A DNA stretch of 60,000 bases from Lytechinus pictus (lineage: Eukaryota): positions 9,240,001 through 9,300,000 of the forward strand of contig NC_087263.1 in the NCBI RefSeq assembly GCF_037042905.1, written 5' to 3'. Positions 53,586 to 60,000 of the stretch are shown one piece after another. Both the position numbers and the translations under genes were made by a program. Position 1 is the first letter of the stretch. The number at the start of each line of letters is the position of its first letter. A model generated the notes under the pieces. That model was not told the origin of the DNA and ran no database searches. It saw only the letters and a list, made by a program, of their open reading frames with translations.

Positions 53586-54490
53586 TCTAGACAAATGGTG
53601 GGACAGGTATACAGGTATACATGTACATGTATGTATACCTTTTGTATGTAAATGCATATCATAGTATCAATCAAAAGACAGTCATATTTACTGACAAAAA
53701 CTTGAACTAAAGCACAGGGGGGTGAAGTTGGAATGCAACATATTTGAAAACTGTGTTCCGAAGGCAGAAAGCATTGCTTGAACACACCCTATTCACTGAC
53801 ATCACAGGTTTCACAACCTTTAATAATACATAGACAAGGTGAACAGCGGAGACAGGTGACCAACATCATCTACAGAGTGAGTTATCACTATATAGGATGG
53901 TACCGATGAGACACAAGGCCAAGATATGTTTGCCCCTCAGTCTTTTTTTTTCAGCTTGAATTCCACATGTCCATGTAAATGTAATGTACAAGAGCTTGGA
54001 ATACAGTATGCAATATACGTGTGCATGTACATGTACATGTACTGCAATTGCATTGCATGCATTCAGATTTCAATAGAGCCTCAAATCGATTGAGGAGATT
54101 CCAGAAAAGGGGAAACATTCTTGAAAAAAGCATGAGTGCATTTATGTGCAGACATTTCCCTCTATCGGACCCTGATTCCATGACTTGAATTATTTACATC
54201 TGACTTTTTACCTACATCAAACATTATTAATCAATCCAACACAAATTTTTTGCTATACAGTACATGTACATGTAGGTTTAGATTGAGCTGATGAATTGTC
54301 ACCAATACTCCCATGAATTATGCTTCTCAAATAATTTGTGAAACATTTAACCTCAGCCATTACAAATACAACTTCTCAGCGCCAAATTCTATCAACTTTC
54401 AAGAAACACAATCTGATACATGTATTTCAACTTTTCAAGTCTTTTATACATGTACCAGTACAGTATGTAGATCTACAGTATATAGTACAT

Positions 54491-54573
54491 TGGTATTGTG
54501 GCATGCTCCTGTAATCCAAGCTGCATTTATAGGCAAGTTACATATTGATGCAAAGGATTGAGGTTCAAGCCCT
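54491..54573 (+). mobile_element. Decayed head of the 7SL-like SINE (second copy)
   Basis: GGTATTGTGGCATGCTCCTGTAATCCAAGCT...AAGTTACATATTGATGCAAAGGATTGAGGTTCAAGCCCT aligns to 2094-2015 (minus) with CpG-type transitions. Confidence 0.7.
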
Positions 54574-55744
54574 TTCTCTTCCATTGAGTGCAGTCCTCTT
54601 TACAGAGTAAAGTCGTACTTGAAAAAAAATAATGAAATAAAATAAATGAAATAGCCAATTACAAATATTGCCGTAGGTTTGAGAAAAATCCATTTATAAA
54701 GAATTGAAAAAGTTACATTGTATAAGAATTTTTGTTTAATTTGTGCATCACATAAGCAGCTTTTCTATATTGAATGGTAAAAATTCAATGAAATTTCATT
54801 TTCTCATCACTTCTTCACCAACATTTTTTTTTTCTATTTTGAACAAAATTTTCTTCAGGTTGAAGTTCCCCTTTAAATATTACTCTATACAGGGGCTGCA
54901 GAAACAGTTTTGAAAGTGGGGGCTGATCATGCAAAAATCACACTCAGATGGCCATTTTTATATTTTTGTACATGGTTTTGGAAAAAGGTGGAGTGCTGTG
55001 CCCCCCCCCCCCTTGACTCTGTGGCACCCTGTGTTGACAATTACACCGAGTCTTGGCTGTTAAACTACGGTATAGTCAGTTCCCCCATGTCTGCGCGGTC
55101 TCCCAAGTGTGCGCACCCGCGTATCTGCGCGATTCTAGTAAAAGAAGATACGCAACGAGCACGAACTTTACACATGCAATACATAGACAGGTATTTATAA
55201 AAAAATCTGACTCAAAATGGTGAAAAAATAATGAATTCAGGGCATTTCATGTGACGGCCTCAAACTACAGCCTTTCTCATCAAAATCCCTGAATCGTGTG
55301 CAAAGTGAATAAGTGCGCAGACATGGGGTACCATTTTTTTTTAAATCTGAAAATGACTGCCCGAGGTTTTTCAAGAAAATCATATATTTTCTTTCATTTT
55401 TTTATGAGAAATTTGGTATACTTACTCTCAATAATATAAGGAACATTATTATTAACCAAAAGATTTTGTGAAATAAGAAGAAATTCATGTTAAATCTTAA
55501 CTCAAATTGTTAGGTGCGCAGACTTGGGGCCCACCATCATACTATAAAAAAAAAGGACAATCATCCATAATGAAATTAAAATATAACTTTTTATGTAACA
55601 TAGAAATTATTATCTATCAAAAAGAAAACCTTAAGTACATGTAAACATCAACAAACATTTCACCCTACCTTATTCTCACACACAACCGATTCTGGTATCT
55701 ACGAAGCCCCAAACCGGACATTTTTGACATCCAAAAAAAAAAAA

Positions 55745-56063
55745 ATTATCACGTACGTACGCAGTATTATTACGTACGTACGTAATATTATTACGTACGT
55801 ACGCAGTATTATTACGTACGTACGTGATAATTATTACGTACGTACGTGATAATTATTACGTACGTACGCAGTATTATTACGTACGTACGTGATAATTATT
55901 ACGTACGTACGCAGTATTATCACGTACGTACGCAGTATTATTACGTACGTACGCAGTATTATTACGTACGTACGCAGTATTATTACGTACGTACGTGATA
56001 ATTATTACGTACGTACGCAGTATTATCACGTACGTACGCAGTATTTATTACGTACGTACGTAA
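55745..56063 (+). repeat. 21/22-bp ATTATTACGTACGTACG(CAGT/TGATA) array, left arm
   Basis: About 15 tandem units. Confidence 0.95.
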
Positions 56064-56545
56064 TGTTATCTCCCAAAAGGTCATACATGAATTCAAATAC
56101 CGGTAGTTACTGAAATCTGATCACGCTAGCGCGAAGCCCGCAGGCTTTAAATTTTTATGTGGGCCTACAATAGGCCTTCTGCTTTGATTGTTCCCGCATA
56201 GAATTTCCCTTTAAATACCAGCCTCTTCAAATAGTTTTTCTTTTTTTAAACACCTATACATCTTCACTTAATTTACATCAATTAATACCATATCATATTC
56301 AAATTTAAGCAGAGAACGAAGCAATTTCAAAAGGGTGGTAAAATAATAGGGGCTCATCCCAGTGTCGCGTGTGGGTACATTTTTGAAAAAAACTGTCTCG
56401 CCAAAACACTAACATAATAGGCCTTTAATTGTCCTTTCCCCAATGTGTTTCTAGCAGTTTCTGAAAGGAATGGTTTAATTGAAAACACAGCCTGATGACG
56501 AGAACAAATGAAATGGTTATCATATGAATATTGTGGGTTATATAG

Positions 56546-59195
56546 CAGGGACCTGGGAACTCGCGGGGGTGCTGGGGGTGCTGAAGGCTGAAGCACCCCC
56601 AAAATTTTTCTGGGGGTGCTGCGTGTATTATTTTCCATAGGCAGCACCCCCACGAAATCAGGTTCCCTTTGTATTTTTTATATATGTTATAATGTACATA
56701 ATTATCACATCCGACAATCGCAAATCATACAACGTCTTTCACATATTCCAATAACATCCCTCCTATAACATGTAACGCGACTCAATCAAGCTCCGGCACG
56801 CCGATACAGACGTAGTCGCGCGCGATACGTGATAACCATTATATTTTACACACTACCATGACTACTCGATAGCGGGGAGGGACAAGGGTGTGGTTGGACT
56901 TGAAACTTAGAGGGTTTTATGTCGAATCAAGTGTGGGCGGGCCCGACCGCCCGTGTTTTGTATAAAGAATTACAATTCAGACAATAAAAATCAAATTTCA
57001 GTCTTTTTCGCCCTGCCCCATGGCCCTGGGAAGCGGGGGTGCTGGGGGTGAAGCACCCCAAAATGTGGGGGTGCTGCATGTGTTATTTTCCATAGGCAAC
57101 ACCTCCTGGAAATCTAGTGGTAAGTTGATGAATGACAGAAATGTAATGAAAATGAACGACGTTTTGTAGACCCCCACCCCCTTAAGAATTTTCCGACACA
57201 GTACTTAAAATAGTGTTTAAATTCACCCTTTTTCAAATCGGAATATCAAATATTTTCTGCTCGTGCTTCGCGCTCGCATTATTGATTTTTATAATAAAAA
57301 CAAAGTATTTACAACGCCCAGATACTAAAGGGCTAACTCTAAACACGCGCACGCATGTTTATTCAGATACGCAGCTTGTTTTGGGGCTACTCCGGGCTGA
57401 AAATATTTATATCAAATACAATTTTATGAAAATCTGATAACAAATAGTTAAGTTATTTAATTCTAAAGTTTAGCAATAGTTTATGAAAATGGTGATATGC
57501 ATGTCGTCATGAATATTAAATAGGTGGGTTGACATGTGCGGAAATCTCTTCCCAAAGGTAGAGGGACCAGGGCCTGCATGGAAAATTTGACAAGCATAAA
57601 AAAAAGAAGAAAAAGTTTTTCACCCAAAATGTAAGGTCATTTAGTCCAAAAGCTATTATTTCGATTGTGAAGTGATGTATTTTTCTCCATGAAAGACCAA
57701 AAATAGTAGGGGGGCATTTGATATTGTGTCCCCCTACTATTTTTGGTAGGGGGGACACGTCCCCCTGTCCCCTCTGGGATTTCCGCCCTTGCGGGTTGAA
57801 GATATCACATCCCCACTATCCTGTTTCTTGTGTTATTACATGGAATCAAAATTGTTTAATTTTTTCATACCAGTGTGAATGATATGTCTCCCTTATAATG
57901 AAATAAGTTGCAGCAAAGAATATCTAATAGACTAAATTAGTTGTCAATTCAACTGTTTTTTGGTTCTTGAAGGGAAAATATCAAATAAACCTAATTTTAT
58001 ATAATAAAATACAAAAGAACAATTGGGGATATGACATCATCAGTTTGCTCACTGAATATTAATGAAGACATGCTTAAAACTGTTTCACCGGAATAATGCT
58101 AATCTTTAAAATGCAATAACTTTGATATTCCTTGTCGGATTTTGATCAAATCTTTATTCTTATGTTCGCCTGATTTCTCTTTATCTGTTCAAACCATATT
58201 GCATTCAGTGTGGAGTTTCAGATCAGAATATCAAAAAATTTCTGCTCGCGCTTTGCGCTCACATTATTAATGTAAGAATATATCCAATTACCCATCATTT
58301 TCTTGATTTTCAAAACATGAATAGAATGTCCCAATTATAGGTCTGAAATCTCAATTTTGTTTCCGCTCGCTCTTTGCGCTCGCATCAATTGTATAGTTAT
58401 ATACCTATCCTGTTCATGATTAGAAAAGTGCTTAAGATGTCCTGTTTTTAGGTCTGAAATCTCATTTTTAATTCCGCTCGCGCAGCGCGAGCTCGCATCA
58501 ATTGTATATTTATATACCTATCCTGTTCTTGATTAGAAAAGTGCTTAGAATGTCTCGTTTTTTGGTCTGAAATCTCAATTTTGTTTCCGCTCGCGCTTCG
58601 CGCTCGCATCTTATCCTGTTCATGATTGCAAAAAGTGCTTAGAATGTCCAGTATTATAGGTCGGAATGTCAATTTTTTCAGCTCGCGCTTCGCGCTCGCA
58701 TTATTTGATTGGTGATATATGAATCGTCTTAATGAGTAACTGCAAACATTCCTTATAACACTTCCCTTTCGATCAGACCAGAGCGTATATAAAAAAATAT
58801 CTGCTCGCACTGATCACGTTCGCAGTTATTATTTGTTACATACGCATCTTGTTCAGGACCACAAACATTGCTCAAAATATTCAATTTTTCAGGACAAAAT
58901 ACATGAATTCCCCCCCCAAAAAAATAGCTCGCGTTTCGATCGCGCTCGACTTATCTCATTATATATCTATGTTCTTTTATAAGAAGAAAGCTAAGAAGTG
59001 ACTGTCATATATATGTATATATATATATATATATGTAATATATATGTGTGTGGGGGGAGGATTGGTTGGTGTGTGTGTGCTGCCCTTAGAGGTGTGTGTG
59101 TGTGTGTAATTATGGAAAATTCAATTATTGTGTCCCCCCCACCTTTGAGGAGAGATTTCAGCACCCCCACTGAAAAAATCGTTCCCAGGTCCCTG
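56546..59195. mobile_element. Nested hAT-type non-autonomous element (2.65 kb)
   Basis: Perfect 15-bp TIR CAGGGACCTGGGAAC / GTTCCCAGGTCCCTG; perfect 8-bp TSD TTATATAG (56538-56545, 59196-59203). Confidence 0.92.
58230..58720. repeat. ~100-120-bp internal tandem repeat with GCTCGCGCTTCGCGCTCGC motif
   Basis: Motif recurs at ~58244, 58365, 58474, 58588 and 58681. Confidence 0.75.
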
Positions 59196-59357
59196 TTATA
59201 TAGGCCCTATAATCGATGAAAAGTCATGATCATCACCAGCATGACTATGGTCCAACCATGGTCCCAGCTAGCGAGCTGACGTTGGTTGGGCCAATGCGGG
59301 GTGCCGATGTCGGCCACATTCGGCGAATATCGGATTCCATAGACCAATGAAAATTAG

Positions 59358-59617
59358 AATACTACGTACGTACGTAATAATACTGCGTACGTACGTAATA
59401 ATTATCACGTACGTACGTAATAATTATCACGTACGTACGTAATAATACTGCGTACGTACGTAATAATACTGCGTACGTACGTAATAATTATCACGTACGT
59501 ACGTAATAATTATCACGTACGTACGTAATAATTATCACGTACGTACGCAATAATACTGCGTACGTACGTAATAATTATCACGTACGTACGTAATAATACT
59601 ACGTACGTACGTGATAA
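59358..59617 (-). repeat. 21/22-bp ACGT array, right arm (inverted)
   Basis: Reverse complement of the 55745 array units. Confidence 0.95.
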
Positions 59618-59663
59618 TTTTTTTTTTTTTGGTTGTCAAAAATGTCCGGTTTGGGGCTTCGTA

Positions 59664-60000
59664 CCGGACATTTTTGACATCCAAAAAAAAAAAAAATTAT
59701 GACGTACGTACGCAGTATTATTACGTACGTACGTAATATTATTACGTACGTACGCAGTATTATTACGTACGTACGTGATAATTATTACGTACGTACGCAG
59801 TATTATCACGTACGTACGCAGTATTATTACGTACGTACGCAGTATTATTACGTACGTACGCAGTATTATTACGTACGTACGTGATAATTATTACGTACGT
59901 ACGCAGTATTATCACGTACGTACGCAGTATTTATTACGTACGTACGTAATGTTATCTCCCAAAAGGTCATACATGAATTCAAATACCGGTAGTTACTGAA
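59664..60000 (+). mobile_element. Start of a second tandem copy of the 55700 element, lacking its first ~14 bp
   Basis: Matches 55714-56114 including the unique sequence after the array; runs off the window. Confidence 0.85.

Larger units (their letters stand above)
55700..59663. mobile_element. ~4-kb TIR element with subterminal ACGT satellite arrays (non-autonomous)
   Basis: TACGAAGCCCCAAACCGGACATTTTTGACA ... TGTCAAAAATGTCCGGTTTGGGGCTTCGTA; inverted 21/22-bp arrays inside both ends. Confidence 0.85.

Noticed and set aside
55889..56113. IITYVRS-repeat peptides (also 59699-59999)
   Set aside because: Translation of the 21-bp subterminal satellite.

Overview
AT-rich, gene-empty animal (eukaryotic) DNA. 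The repeat families look like those of an echinoid/sea urchin; this is an inference from recalled family features, not a database match. No protein-coding exon can be supported with confidence. All long ORFs come from simple or tandem repeats: (CAT)n arrays, a 37-bp minisatellite, a 682-bp pyrimidine-rich tandem repeat and ACGT-rich arrays. The window reads as a large intron or intergenic region packed with non-autonomous transposons: TTAA-flanked Kolobok-type foldback MITEs, 3-bp-TSD Harbinger-type elements, hAT elements with 8-bp TSDs, Helentron/DINE-like elements, tRNA-type SINEs and an L2-type LINE 3' end. The most interesting signals are: (1) a SINE with a 7SL/Alu-like head joined to a Deu/Nin-like core, present in two copies; (2) three minus-strand AG|GT zero-length-exon motifs spaced about 18 kb apart, candidate recursive splice sites; (3) a near-perfect 123-bp inverted duplication with a template-switch signature; (4) a nested and tandem ~4-kb TIR element with ACGT satellite arms; (5) a 37-bp minisatellite open in all three minus-strand frames.
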